NCBI RefSeq assembly: GCF_006345805.1
Contig: NC_042998.1
Span: 59,644,001-59,708,000 of the forward strand
Reading direction: 5' to 3'
Origin: Octopus sinensis
Taxonomy: Eukaryota
DNA: 64,000 nucleotides
The translations under genes were made by a program, and so were the position numbers. The notes beneath the pieces are model-generated. The model worked only from the letters and a program-made list of their open reading frames with translations, was not told where the DNA came from and ran no database searches. Within the stretch, counting starts at the first letter, position 1. Each line of letters opens with the position of its first letter. Of this stretch, positions 24,648 through 38,272 are shown one piece after another.

Positions 24648-27424
24648 ATAGAAAGATCAACCTACATATTTATTTTCTAAAGCAAACAATTCAGTTATTT
24701 TGTTTATATTTTGACATCAACTTGAAATTTGTCTTTAATTGGTTAGGAACAGACAAATGAACGAAGGGAAATTTATTGTAAGAGATTTAACGCTATAACA
24801 TTTGAAGAAATATTTCTCTGTCACTAAGAAATCATCACAAATTGATCCGTCTATGCTGACCGTTTATCTTCGCGTTATGTATCTCTCAGTTTTACGTCTA
24901 ATGAACAGACTCTGATATTTTACACCTTGTGTTGCAGAGAGCATTGCAAATTTACTTTAAACTGGCAGCTTACTCATGGGACTAATAAGCTCATACAAAA
25001 TGTAACTCGATCAAAATATCAAAATATTGTTCTCTTCTCAAAATATATCATTCACTTATAATAATGTACATATGATATGTAGTCAATATTTGCTTCTTAG
25101 AAGAAGCAAAAGCCTAGTTATTGAAGCTAAGTTCAGATTTCGAGTTCAAACTTAAGGGATGCTGAATGATTGTATTAATACAATTTCATAAAATATGAGT
25201 TTCGAAAATGAAGTTTTTGCTGCATTTAACGTACATTTCTATTGTGAAAGTAGATCGAAAGCACTCTTGTCTGAGTCAAATGTCAAATAAATTAATTACG
25301 CATTACTAATCCACATGACTTCAAAGGAAAAGATAACGATGTTCTGCGGTAGATAAAAGGCATCGGTTTTCAATGATCATATTTGAATAAAATAGTAACA
25401 TCTTAACTGAACAAAGAGGCAGTGGAATACAGAAGAATTCGGATGCAAGGAAAAATACTTAATTGCTGTGTTCTTTTATATTTATGAAATCAAAGTCTAA
25501 ATGAGACTAGTCTACAAATTGAATTTTATTTCTGAATAATATGACTTAAGGTAAATAACGTTTTCGAATTTCTAATATACTTAAGAATCACAAATATCAT
25601 TTTGTATATAATTTTCGCTTTGTTTTAATCTAGGAAACCATATGAAATGAATTCTCAGTAGTCGCAGGAGCCCTACCACGAAACTCAAAACTGGTCATTG
25701 AGAGTTGTGCGGCAGTCGATTGAAAGGATTTAGTTAACGGTAATATCTCGGATATGTTCTATTCTTTCGATTTTTGTTACACTTACAGGTAAATGCTTCT
25801 GTTATATACTAGTTGATTGATATGAACCTCTTGACATCTGTTGTCGCAATTCAATTTCTGATTTTCTTTTCTTTTGTCTGTTTACAATTTCTTTTGTACA
25901 CGTGATATCTCTTTTCATTGTTTTTATCTTCTGTTTGTTTTCTCTGTTTTCTCTTCATTCTCTTCTACACACTATTTATACATATACTTTCACCCATTTG
26001 TATACCCATACACATACACATACATACATGTCTAAATATATACATGTGTGTGTGTGTGTGTGTGTATGTGTGTGTGTGTGTGTGTGTAACGGTTATATGC
26101 ACCTAATAAACTATATGAGAAAAATATTACTTGAAATGGCTTTTATTTCATCATTAAAACATAAGAAGGAACTTACTCGAGCTGTTGTACAAAGATTATT
26201 AGCATTTCTGTAATCCATTCTGTAGGTAGATGAGTTCATCGTTTGCTGACTGCTAGAAGATGGATAGAAGAAAGAGAGAGAAAGGTTTGACAAGTAAATA
26301 GGGTGAAAGTTGTATAGCCTCCCCACCCCCGATGACAAGTCACTACTGAGGTGCTCCTTTGGGTAGGTACCAGGTTAAAGTGGCAAAATAAATAGAATTG
26401 AGTTTGGGTAGTATGTGTACATGCTGGAAAATTAAATGTAGGTTAGAGACCAGTGAAAAATAAGTGAGTTTGCTTCTGTTAAACAGTATCCAGCCTACGA
26501 ATGATAGAACGTAAGTAAGTGTGACAGTTGACCCTCATAAATTTCCAAGTGCTAATACCGAGAACAATGGGAAGAAAGATCTACACTAGGGTTTCAAATT
26601 TTGGATAAGCATCAAGTTTTGGATTCGCATTCGGTAAGAGTTGTATGTTTTATTTAATCACAGCAAGACTTGGCTCTAAGTAACTTTATTAGGCTTGCAG
26701 AACGAACCTAACTCGTCAGGTGTTTTATCTTGAAATAGTAGATGAGCTAACCAATGAAAATTTAAGTTACACGAAGCCGCGTAAAACTGTTACTAAATAA
26801 TGAATATTTATATATGTGTCTCTGTGTGTGCACAAATGTATGAATATATGTACACTGATATAAGCACACTCAAATGTGCCGCTGGAGCGCATGTTGTCTT
26901 GATATAATGTTCTTGATATATACTTAGAAACAAAAGGAAGTACATTAGTAGATATTCTGTAGGCAGTGTAATAAGAAACCTGTTAGGCGCAAAACATAAC
27001 ATATCCGGAGGGAGAAAACAAAAGAGGCGGGAGAGTTGTACTGTCATTTTGAGTGACTGGATTGTTAGCGGTAGGACATGAGTGGGAAGTATTAGTGGAT
27101 AAACAGAGAATGGCAGAAGAAATGTTTTGGTGCATGTGTCACATGCTGCACGCCATGGTAGAAAATGGAAGAGTAAGATCGAGGAAAGCGGGAAAGTATA
27201 TTGTGTTGAAGTAATAGAATATAAGTAATAGAAAGAGGGACGAGCTATAGACAATAAAGGAAGGATTTTTGCTGATATTCCGATCAGGAGGATTGATCGA
27301 GTTTTAGGTATGATTGTACATGAAGGCGTCAAACCGTAAAATGAAGTAGCAGAGATTGCATCCTATTGAATACCACTAGAGTTGATAAGCAACATCACAG
27401 GAAATAATAAAGAGGGTGCAGGCA

Positions 27425-27540
27425 GTTCTGGCCAGCAAGCCAGCTAGGAAGACAGCCAGCAAGACACCCAGCAACACTGTCAGCCAGCAAGCCACCCAAC
27501 AAGACAGCTAGCAAGCCAGTCAGCAAGCCAGCCGACCAAA
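27425..27540. repeat. Degenerate CAGCAAGC-rich minisatellite
   Basis: Repeated gccagcaag/cagcaag units. Confidence 0.7.
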
Positions 27541-27789
27541 GAACGATTCATTAATAGCCGAAATTTTACTGCAGCCGGAGTACTGATGATGATACTAGGT
27601 AGTTGGCAAAGATAGATTTCACTGTTCATATGTCATCATGTTCATGTGTGTATTTGAGTGTACATATGCTAGTGTAATATTATACAGTTAGTTACATGAA
27701 CGTGCTTTTCTCAATTGGCATTACCTCCAAACTTCTTTTTTACTCAACCTAAATTAAATTTTATCCACAAACCTAAATGGGCTCTGAGG

Positions 27790-27831
27790 TATAATATATG
27801 TATGTACGTATATATGTATGCATGTATGCAG

Positions 27832-27873
<42 letters not shown>

Positions 27874-27892
27874 CTGTAAATGTATGTATATA

Positions 27893-27924
<32 letters not shown>

Positions 27925-27984
27925 CATATATATATGTATATATATAAACATATACATATATATATGTATATATATATGTATATA

Positions 27985-28025
<41 letters not shown>

Positions 28026-28180
28026 TATATATATGTATATATATGTATATATATATATGTATATATATATATGTATATATATATATGTATATATATACAT
28101 ATATATACACATATATATATATACATATACATATATATATACATACGTACATACATATGTATATATATACATATATAAAA
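27790..28180. repeat. Long (TA)n/(TATG)n microsatellite
   Basis: Direct reading. Confidence 0.9.
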
Positions 28181-28769
28181 TACATTAAAACTAGTTTGCT
28201 TGCAATGTTACCTAGCCAAATTGGCGCATAATGGGAAATTACTATGAATTAATTTATCCCCTGAAAAGTGAATATGAACGCAATAAAACAAGGAGTTGTT
28301 GAGATATTAGGATGTTTTCAGGTCATAAATAACCAAAACGGGGCATAATGGAAAAATACTCCGCAAATAACTTAATCTTGAAAAGGAAGAAACTATTACT
28401 GCTTCATTGGACACAGTGACTTGACAACGAAAAAATATGATTTGTGTTTTATACTAAATTTTGTTTATTTTTGGTTTTGATAAACACAATATTTTAGAAA
28501 TATTTCTAAGTGAATGTCTTTTCCAAAATATAAGTTGTTTGTATAGTAAGTATTGTATTTTAGCTTTCTTTAAACACACAATAAAATTAATGTTTTTAAA
28601 ATTATTTTCAATTGAATACCATTACAAAAACGTTTTTGTATATCTAAAAATATTTTAAAGTGAAAATGACTTTAAAAATACAATAAATATTTCGTAAAAA
28701 CGTGTTCGGAATCTCGGTGTAAAATAATTTTTTCCATATGTTTTCTCGAGCGCTTTTAGCGTATCTTAC

Positions 28770-28962
28770 CTCCAGAGAATTGGCTGCTATTTCTAGCACA
28801 CCCTGCTACCACGTAACAGCTATTTGCGATAAATGACCTGAAATACCTGTTATGTGGTACCACTGTGTGCAAGAAATAGCCGTCAAACCTTTCCTTTTCT
28901 CTGGAAAGGAGTCGTTTACGCGTGATTTCGATGTCACATTCTTTGAAAGCATGTAAACTAAT
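28770..28962 (-). CDS. Candidate internal exon of an unidentified host gene
   Basis: Acceptor ttctttttgttccag and donor GAG|gtaaga. 193 nt open in one frame: ISLHAFKECDIEITRKRLLSREKERFDGYFLHTVVPHNRYFRSFIANSCYVVAGCARNSSQFSG. More GC-rich than flanks; no TE motif recognised. Confidence 0.5.
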
Positions 28963-29010
28963 CTGGAACAAAAAGAAAACCCACGAAACGAAACTTCACT
29001 ATATCGTGAA

Positions 29011-29328
29011 GGCGTGTATCTTAGTGGTTAGGGCATTCGGCTCGCGATCGTAAGGTCGTGAGTTTAATTCCCGGCGACGCATTGTGTCCTTGAGCAAGAC
29101 ACTTTATTTCACATTGCTCTAGTCCACTCTGCTGGCAAAAATGAGTAGTGCTTGTATTTCAAAGGTCCAGCCTTGTCACACACTGTGTCACGCCGAATCT
29201 CCCTGAGAACTACGTTAAGAGTACACGTGTCTGTGGAGTGCTCAAGCACTTGCACGTTAATTTCATGAGCTAGCTGTTCCGTTGATCGAATCAGTTGGGA
29301 TCCTCATCATCGTAAACGACGGAGTGCT
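29011..29328 (+). mobile_element. tRNA-derived SINE with central tgtgtccttgagcaagacac domain
   Basis: Head ggcgtgtatcttagtggttagg..gagtttaattcc; body shared with 24268-24647. Confidence 0.85.
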
Positions 29329-29359
<31 letters not shown>

Positions 29360-29362
29360 CGT

Positions 29363-29651
29363 GGAGGCGCAATGGCCCAGTGGTTAGGGCAGCGGGCTCG
29401 CGTTTGTAGAATCGCGGTTTCGATTCCAAGACCGGGCGTTGTGAGTGTTTATTGAACGAAAACACCTAAAGCTCCACGAGGCCCCAGCAGGGGGGGGGGG
29501 CGATCCCTGCTCTACTCTTTCGCTACAACTTTCTCTTACTCTCGCTTAGCCAGCGGAGTGGCGTCATTTGGATGCTAAAACAATGTGAAGCACATTGTGA
29601 CCAGCGATGTGTAGCAACATCTGATAGCCTGGTCGGTAATGGTGATCACGG
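29363..29651 (+). mobile_element. tRNA-derived SINE family C
   Basis: ggaggcgcaatggcccagtggttagggcagcggg...ggtttcgattcc head; distinct 3' tail gtgaccagcgatgtgtagcaacatctgatagcctggtcgg. Confidence 0.85.
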
Positions 29652-30519
29652 TTATATATATATACAGAGAGAGAGAGAGAGATTCATATATAATATTATT
29701 GTATAGAGTATGTGCAAGATTTAAAAGAAAACAGAAAGTAAATGAAATGCAAATTTAACAGATTATCAGAAATTTTAGTTGAGTGAAATGGATATTCATA
29801 CTGTAAAAGTACATCTCATGTATACATGCATATCGTTTATATACATTTACATACATATACACATACATACATAAACTCACATACGCGCGCATATATATAT
29901 ACACAGCACACACAAAGAAGTAAGTACCTATGTCTAAATATCTACAAACATACATGTGTGAGCGTGTGTGTGTGAGTGTGGGTGGGTGTGCGTGTGGGTG
30001 TGTACGCATACATCTATCTTAATGATCATTATCATATATATGAAGTTGTTGACTGATTGAATGCGCAGATGTTAGTATAAATTTTAGTTATGTCTCTTCA
30101 TTTCTAATGATGTTTATCTGACATGTCTCCAAATTCAGAAACCTTTAATTGGCAATGCTCTTCTAACTAAACTTGTTTTTCTTGTGTCCTATATACAAAC
30201 TGAATCAAATATTTCACACAACACAGATGTCGTTAATGATCTGTATTTACTAATTAAATGTTGAAGTGGAAATCTCATTGGAGAAAAATTTAACGTAAAG
30301 TTGTTAATAAATTCTAAATAATTTAATTTGTAAAATCTATAATATAGCGTCTAATTATGTTTCATTGACTGGTTGTAGTAATTTGAGTGTCTTGTTACCA
30401 TTATTCCCAATGTAAATCTAATGAACGCCACAGCTTCCATTTTGCATTCCTTTTCTATTTTATATAAAAATAATTTTGTTACTATTCAAATGATATAAAT
30501 ATTTCTTTCGCATTTCCTA

Positions 30520-31790
30520 AGATGAGCAAATCACGTAAGGGAAGGTTCATGAAGATCGGTAGTTCATGTCTGCAGGTTTGATGGTGGCTGAAGTGTACAT
30601 TACAATCAGGGTGGCACATTCACTGCAGCTACAAGCGAAATTCTATCCCGATGTTGGTACTTCTTTGTGGCCTATTTTTTCTCTAATTACCTTTTCTCTT
30701 CAAGGCCAGATCTGCGTGAGTTCTCAGAAAAAAACAGAACGGGAAATAATATTTCACAAGCTTCGGGATTGGAGGCTATAATAAATTATCAATGTAATAG
30801 CCTCCAAGAGATTTCGATGGCCTGTAGGATATTCGGCATATTGCACAATTTTAGACATGCGATCGTACTCCAATATGGAAAGTGCCCCGCTTAAAACAGT
30901 TGTGACTTTAACAGCATCGCTTCGATGTTGATGACTTTTGCTTGTTCAAAGGCGTCAATGTTTATAACAACTTCATACTAGTGGATGTTGACGACGGCGT
31001 GAAGGTGGCGCTGGTGAGATCACTGATGGACTCATTGTTGGTGACCGAAGGCAACCCTAATTCGGGTCTTAATGGAAGGTAGATCAGCGCAACGACACTC
31101 TATTCATGCGTTTGTGTATTTTCCTTTTCAGATGATTATTGCTTAGATTGTCTGTTTTGCCAGCCTTTTGTTGACCTCTTTGTTTATCCAAAGTGGCAAA
31201 CTAAAATATTTTCTTCAGGTCATTTTTACCGAGTTATGCAAGGAACATAGTACATTTCTTGAGGTAGAGGTGGAGTAAAATTCCTGTCTTCCTCAAACTA
31301 ACTTGCAGACTAAAGAGCTTGGAATCCTCTGCATTAATTGCTGTGTGGGGACAACATCGCCGAGGAGCAATTAGTGATGAATCATTTCAGTATCATAGGG
31401 AACAACTGCTGTCGCCTGAAGGTCAACAGGCTGCCTTCAATAAAGTATTGGACGGAGATGTCTACACATCTTGTTACTCGTTGGTTCCTAGAAGCATCAT
31501 GCTGAAGAAGTTGAGGAAGTGAACGAGAAGACACATTTCGACCTTACACTTTTACCTATAGGGAAGAGCTTTGAGTGTTCGTGTTTTTCTGACTGTGATC
31601 CTTAAGGATGTACGTATTGAAGAATTAGTAGGGGTGATCCCAGCCATCAGATGATTTTCCGCAGTCCATTCCTGTTCAGAATATTGAACAGTGTATATTG
31701 AAAGTGTATAGTTAATAGTCTCAGGAAAGACATAGATTCTAAAATATTCCACTAAAATATAAAACAGTTGATTTTTGTCAGAAGACAATT
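30520..31790 (-). pseudogene. RTE-clade (BovB-like) LINE, RT to 3' end remnant
   Basis: NRNGLRKII, SKLFPIGKSVRSKCV..FFSMML, EQAKVINIEAMLLKSQL..AGH..EYDRMSKIVQYAEYPTGHR; multiple frameshifts. Confidence 0.8.
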
Positions 31791-31885
31791 ATTATTATTA
31801 TTATTCAGGTCCCTGCCAAGAATCGAACTCGGAATCTTGGGGTTAGCAGCTCGCGCTCTTACCCACTACGCTATATGCCCGTGGG
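31788..31885 (-). mobile_element. Short tRNA-like SINE D with (AAT)n tail
   Basis: A box TAGCGTAGTGG, B box GAGTTCGATTC, T-arm CCGAG/CTTGG; second copy 49364-49503. Confidence 0.8.
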
Positions 31886-32500
31886 TACTTATGGAGTGAG
31901 TTTTAGGGCGTATAAATCTGATATTCTCCTATCCTTCCTTATTGCCGGTTCCCATATGTTGAGGCTTGATCTATTTATTGCTATATGTGTAGCCTCTGAG
32001 ATCTCTCTAAGTGTTGTGTCAGTACTATGCATTGGTAATACCTTAAATGCTATACTATTAACCGAGCTGCTTGAGCATGTTGGTAGCGTACTGGTGTGCC
32101 TTTCTCTTCTCTGAGCTCTTATCAGTCTTCGCCTATAAACTCCATTATGTTGCGTGTTGACTCCTCAATGTAACTAGTTGTCATATCTCTGCACTGTCCC
32201 TCAGTGTATCGTATACTATACAACATATTCCTAACCTTACATTTAACATGTGGGTTCAACCTACATACGGTACAAATTTCCTTTGTACAGGGTATAAATT
32301 CTACAGATCAGGGATTTTATGAGCCTTTTAATAGGCCTTGTACTAATGTCCTCTGAAACGATTGCTGGAACACCTTATTTTCCTCTAAGATGTTAGCCAA
32401 AACACTCGTTAATGCCTATCACCTTCTCTATATTATTTTGAATCTTTAGAAACGTTTTTTCCCTATATTTCATTATTGTTCATATCTCTGGGAGAGATAT
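31886..32500 (-). pseudogene. RLE-type LINE C-terminal remnant (HERO/NeSL-like)
   Basis: RH.N.VLANILEE and LREISEATHIAINRSSLNIW resemble the RLE C-terminus; heavily degraded. Confidence 0.4.
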
Positions 32501-32534
32501 GAACAGAAGCAGCACGATATCGTGAAGTATATAG

Positions 32535-32970
32535 AGCACAGACAGTGTGTCATTAGCCAGCTGGAGGAGATATAGTTCCTGGGGCTACAAACTACAGTAG
32601 CATCGTCCCATATGGGTCAGCCACATTTAGGTGGCAAATACACTTCACGGTGTCGTACTGCTACTGTTTACATCTTGCTCAGACAGAGTTATATTATTGC
32701 TTGTTTCTCCTTTTACGAGATCAGCGCGTTTTTGTCACTAGAAAAAGCATATATATTTGCATTGGAAATATCACTTCTCACCCCTAGGCGATGATTGTCA
32801 CGCGGTGATGACGAGTTACTAGCCAAAAACCCGGGTCCGTTAGTATCACGTCAGGTTAGCGATAAGAGCGATGATTTCCCTTTGCAAATACTGATAGGGC
32901 ACAGAGCATGTCATTAGCCAGCTGGGGGAGATGTCTTACTGGGGCTATAAACTACAGTAACATTGTGCCA
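32535..32970 (+). repeat. Diverged homologue of the hAT 5' ~355 bp-period module
   Basis: agccagctggaggagat...ggggcta.aa.ctacagta.ca at 32555 and 32916; aligns with the reverse complement of about 5990-6416. Confidence 0.75.
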
Positions 32971-33152
32971 TATACTCTTATCGTTGTTGAATTGATAAAA
33001 GGTGGTTCTTCTCTAATTTATATACATATATTATATAATGTGAAATTTGATTTAGTATTACTAAATTGAATTTTTCCCTCTAAGTTTGGAATAATGTTCC
33101 CTAATATTATTATACACACACATACATACACACACACATACACGCACGCACG

Positions 33153-33188
<36 letters not shown>

Positions 33189-34276
33189 CTAGCAGCATAG
33201 CCCGGCGTTGCCCGGGTATGTAAGAGCCCCTAGTAGGCAACGAGTAATCCCAATCTAGTCCTTTCCCTCTAGGGAACGAAGGCGCACGTGTAGGTTGCAA
33301 TGTCTTCTCTTCACTCGAATACTTCTGTGTATACGATGTTCCTAGTTGTCCCTGGCGAAAACATGAAAACATCATTGCGCCTCCCAACGCGTGAACAGCC
33401 CACGTAGAGTTGACCTTGGCGAAGCACTGTTCGCCCAAATGTAACCCAGCGACTGTCCTATCTATAGATTTGTAGACGTGGATATCACCAGGAATAGCTT
33501 CAAGTAGCTGGATATTGATGGAGTTGACGGTTGTAATTTTGGGTGCGAGAATAGCTCTGCCTGCCAGCCATTTTAGATCGCGTAAATTGTTTTGTAGATC
33601 GTGGAAGACAGCGTCCCGGAGGCTAGCAGGGGTATCGACAGTGGTGCAAAGTGAGTTAAAAAGGTCGAGTTGTGTCCCCTAGACAGTCTATGGTTTGTGT
33701 TTAATACACAAATCGGTTTGCTATGTGTGCCACATATGATTTAATTAACCGATCTTTTCCCGTAATAAAGTATCCTATTGGAATAAAAAGGGCCATATAG
33801 CTCCTTGGAGCTCGCTGTGAATTTTAAAAAAAATTCCTGCCAATTTGTGAAAGATATTGTCGAAAATATGTCATCTTGAATTTGAACGCGATTTCCCAAA
33901 ATGACATGATTTTATCGATTTTTTCTGATGGTAAGGTATTGCATGGAAAACTAACGTCAGAATTAAGTTTCTTACGGTAACATTAAGCTTCCCCATGATT
34001 TTGGTGAAAATCGATTGCGAGTTGCGAAAACTACAACAGAAAATGTGTTGCATATAAAAAGCTTAGATTCTCTACCCCATGTCGAATTTATCAATTATTT
34101 TCAGAACTGAGGGAACTTTTCAAAATTTTCGCTGCGTTATTTTTGAATTATGACATTGGGCTATGTGTGTGTCAAGTTTCATCAGAATCGGTTCAAAGCC
34201 GTGGTCAGGGTGATGGTACAACCTGACAGACACACAGACACACAGACAGACAAACTGCCGTTTATATATAGAGAGA
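33189..34276 (-). mobile_element. Internally deleted Helitron with helicase remnants
   Basis: 5' TC, 3' CTAG, hairpin CCCGGGCAACGCCGGG, A|T site. Encodes VFHDLQNNLRDLKWLAGRAILAPK..VNSIN..LLEAIPG..YKSID and GLHLGEQCF.(Q)GQLYVGCSRVG..TRNIVYTEVFE*. Confidence 0.9.
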
Positions 34277-34532
34277 TATATATATTTATATACATTTATA
34301 TGTATATATATATATTCTACATAAAACAATTCTAACTTGTCGAGAATAATGTGATTCTATGTGTTTATATGCATAAAATATAAAATATATAAAGATTAGT
34401 TTTCCCAGAGTAAAACTCTTCGCATAATTTAAGAGAGAAAATATCGGTTTACTAATTCGTACATATTGTACAAACACGTAAGCCAATATATTTTCAGTTG
34501 AGATATAATACGAAAATATTTATTTATATATC

Positions 34533-34578
<46 letters not shown>

Positions 34579-34848
34579 CATGCACATAAATTTATTAACA
34601 TAGACTGTAAAAATACAAGAAAAAAACCTGTGTATATGCATACGTGGGCACGTAAAATATCTAATATGTATTACGATATTTGTTTTTAAGGAAAAATTAT
34701 AAATTCGACCAAAACCAATCGACTGTTCATCATTAACCTGCATTCAAAGTCAACCAAAAAATATATCTGCACTTATTTCAAAAACACACGCACATATACA
34801 GGCACACACAACATATATACATACACATTCAGACCTTCATACACACAC

Positions 34849-34928
<80 letters not shown>

Positions 34929-35247
34929 TTTTAGTCAAATTGCCTAAGATCTTAAATACAAACGTAAATATATATCAAGCATACACGTTTTTAGTCATAA
35001 ATAGCCTAAAACCTTAAATACAAATGTAAATATATATCAAGTATATTGCGATGTGTAATGTCATCATTCACTTTGTTTTATAATATCAGTTTACGTCAAA
35101 ACAAAATCCTTTCAAATCCTATAAAATCTTTTTAATAATTTAAACTTAATTAATTTCTTTCATATATATTGTATGATAGGTATACGCGTGCACATACACA
35201 CGCGCACACACACATATTGGCTTACATTCCTACACACATATATGTGC

Positions 35248-35280
<33 letters not shown>

Positions 35281-35283
35281 AAT

Positions 35284-35314
<31 letters not shown>

Positions 35315-35330
35315 CATGCATACATATATA

Positions 35331-35361
<31 letters not shown>

Positions 35362-35427
35362 ATATATATACATACATATATATATATATACATACATACA
35401 TATATATATATATACATATATATATAC

Positions 35428-35561
<134 letters not shown>

Positions 35562-35689
35562 TGAATGTATATGTATTTCACATATATTCAGATAATGTTC
35601 TCTTTGTATTTTATCATGTTATTACACTTCAAACTTCGGAATATTCAGGAAGTAAAATACAATACTGTAATGAAGAATCCTTAAAATCC

Positions 35690-36098
35690 GAAAGAGATTT
35701 GGTAAAGCGGTTGATGTTACATATCAACATTCTTTTGGCACTGAAACATAAGATACTTCACAGTAGAAAACAGGAGCACTTGTATCGCATCGGTCGTAAA
35801 ATGGATTCAATCATTATGCAATGGCCTGAAAATAAGTGTAATGCAGTAATTTGGCATCTCCTAAGCTGTCTTTTGAAGAAACGACCAGGTATTCATTGAA
35901 ATCTTTATCCTCCTTTGCCTTTTAAAGAATAGAAAAGCTGCTTTGTCAATGTCTTCGAGCATTGCAGTCCTTAAGTGTTTAAGTAGTGAACAAAAATTAA
36001 CTTCCTTCGATTATTCGCAACTTCAAACCGATCCTTAATAATTGTGGACAATGTCAACAGATCTGCGCTTAACTGCATCGAATTATCAGTTATTTCAA
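35690..36098 (-). pseudogene. pogo/Tigger transposase N-terminal (CENP-B HTH) remnant
   Basis: LSTIIKDR, RTAMLEDIDKAAFLFFKRQR..LQKTA, (W)LNPFYDR..CE; second copy about 37264-37672. Confidence 0.65.
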
Positions 36099-36100
36099 GA

Positions 36101-36147
<47 letters not shown>

Positions 36148-36331
36148 TATATATATATATATATATCATGTGTGTGTGTGTGTATTTGTACCGATATATA
36201 CACATATACGTTCTACATACATACATTCATGATTCTTACACCATTTGGCGTCTACTTGCAGCAGACTATTGTTGTAATCATTCAGCACTGATTATAATTT
36301 TAATATAAATTAAAATTATAAAATTTTAGTA

Positions 36332-36640
36332 TATATATATATATTAAATCTGACAATATGTGTCTTTCTGTCTGCCTGTGTCTGTATGTGTACATCGCTA
36401 AAACTCGACAACTGCCTAACCGATTTCAGTCCAATTTTATACATGCCTTACTTAGATTTCACGCAGTGTCAGGGGCCCCAAAATTCTTTTCGACTTCTTG
36501 CCTAATGCGAGCATTGAGCAATCTCTTATCTCTTACACTATTTCAGTATTACGTGCCAAAAGTGAAACACTAATATCTCTCTTGTAATATGAGATAATAT
36601 TTTCACATTTAATAGTTTCACTATTAATACTTTCACTACG
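36332..36640 (+). mobile_element. Helitron-like 5' fragment (also about 37911-38230)
   Basis: tatatatattaaatctgacaatatgtgtctttctgtctg..ccgatttcagtccaattttatac resembles Helitron/HINE 5' ends; no 3' CTAG hairpin found. Confidence 0.4.
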
Positions 36641-36912
36641 TATTTACATTCATGTTTGTATATATATATATAATATATATATGTATATGTGTGGTGTGTG
36701 TGTGTGTGTATGTGTGTATGTGTGTATGTGTATGTATATATATGTATGATAGGTATACGCGTGCACATACACACGCGCACACACACTATTGGCTTACATT
36801 CCTACACACATATATGTGCATATATACATATATATATATATATATATAATATATATATATATAAATATATATATATAATATATATATATATATATACATG
36901 CATACATATATA

Positions 36913-36943
<31 letters not shown>

Positions 36944-37004
36944 ATATATACATACATATATATATATACATACATACATATATATAATATACATATATAT
37001 ATAC

Positions 37005-37051
<47 letters not shown>

Positions 37052-37070
37052 TATATATATATATATATAT

Positions 37071-37135
<65 letters not shown>

Positions 37136-37263
37136 TGAATGTATATGTATTTCACATATATTCAGATAATGTTCTCTTTGTATTTTATCATGTTATTACA
37201 CTTCAAACTTCGGAATATTCAGGAAGTAAAATACAATACTGTAATGAAGAATCCTTAAAATCC

Positions 37264-37672
37264 GAAAGAGATTTGGTAAAGCGGTTGATGTTACATATCA
37301 ACATTCTTTTGGCACTGAAACATAAGATACTTCACAGTAGAAAACAGGAGCACTTGTATCGCATCGGTCGTAAAATGGATTCAATCATTATGCAATGGCC
37401 TGAAAATAAGTGTAATGCAGTAATTTGGCATCTCCTAAGCTGTCTTTTGAAGAAACGACCAGGTATTCATTGAAATCTTTATCCTCCTTTGCCTTTTAAA
37501 GAATAGAAAAGCTGCTTTGTCAATGTCTTCGAGCATTGCAGTCCTTAAGTGTTTAAGTAGTGAACAAAAATTAACTTCCTTCGATTATTCGCAACTTCAA
37601 ACCGATCCTTAATAATTGTGGACAATGTCAACAGATCTGCGCTTAACTGCATCGAATTATCAGTTATTTCAA
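37264..37672 (-). pseudogene. pogo/Tigger remnant, duplicate copy
   Basis: Same sequence as 35690-36098. Confidence 0.65.
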
Positions 37673-37693
37673 GAGTATATATATATAATATAT

Positions 37694-37742
<49 letters not shown>

Positions 37743-38240
37743 TATATATCATGTGTGTGTGTGTGTATTTGTACCGATATATACACATGTACGTTCTACA
37801 TACATACATTCATGATTCTTACACCATTTGGCGTCTACTTGCAGCAGACTATTGTTGTAATCATTCAGCACTGATTATAATTTTAATATAAATTAAAATT
37901 ATAAAATTTTAGTATATATATATATATTAAATCTGACAATATGTGTCTTTCTGTCTGCCTGTGTCTGTATGTGTACATCGCTAAAACTCGACAACTGCCC
38001 AACCGATTTCAGTCCAATTTTATACATGCCTTACTTAGATTTCACGCAGTGTCAGGGGCCCAAAAATTCTTTTCGACTTCTTGCCTAATGCGAGCATTGA
38101 GCAATCTCTTATCTCTTACACTATTTCAGTATTACGTGCCAAAAGTGAAACACTAATATCTCTCTTGTAATATGAGATAATATTTTCACATTTAATAGTT
38201 TCACTATTAATACTTTCACTACGTATTTACATTCATGTTT

Positions 38241-38272
<32 letters not shown>

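Noticed and set aside
26808-27332. 174 aa minus-strand ORF with CDTC
   Set aside because: Only faint resemblance to a PLE GIY-YIG linker; too degraded to call.
31552-31788. Minus-strand ORF with apparent acceptor and donor (EYFRIYVFPETINYTLSI...)
   Set aside because: Other frames give RTE reverse-transcriptase motifs (NRNGLRKII, LFPIGKSVR..CV) continuous with the LINE below it.
31788-31885. Possible true tRNA gene
   Set aside because: Poor acceptor and anticodon stems, discordant anticodons between copies and an (AAT)n tail indicate a SINE.
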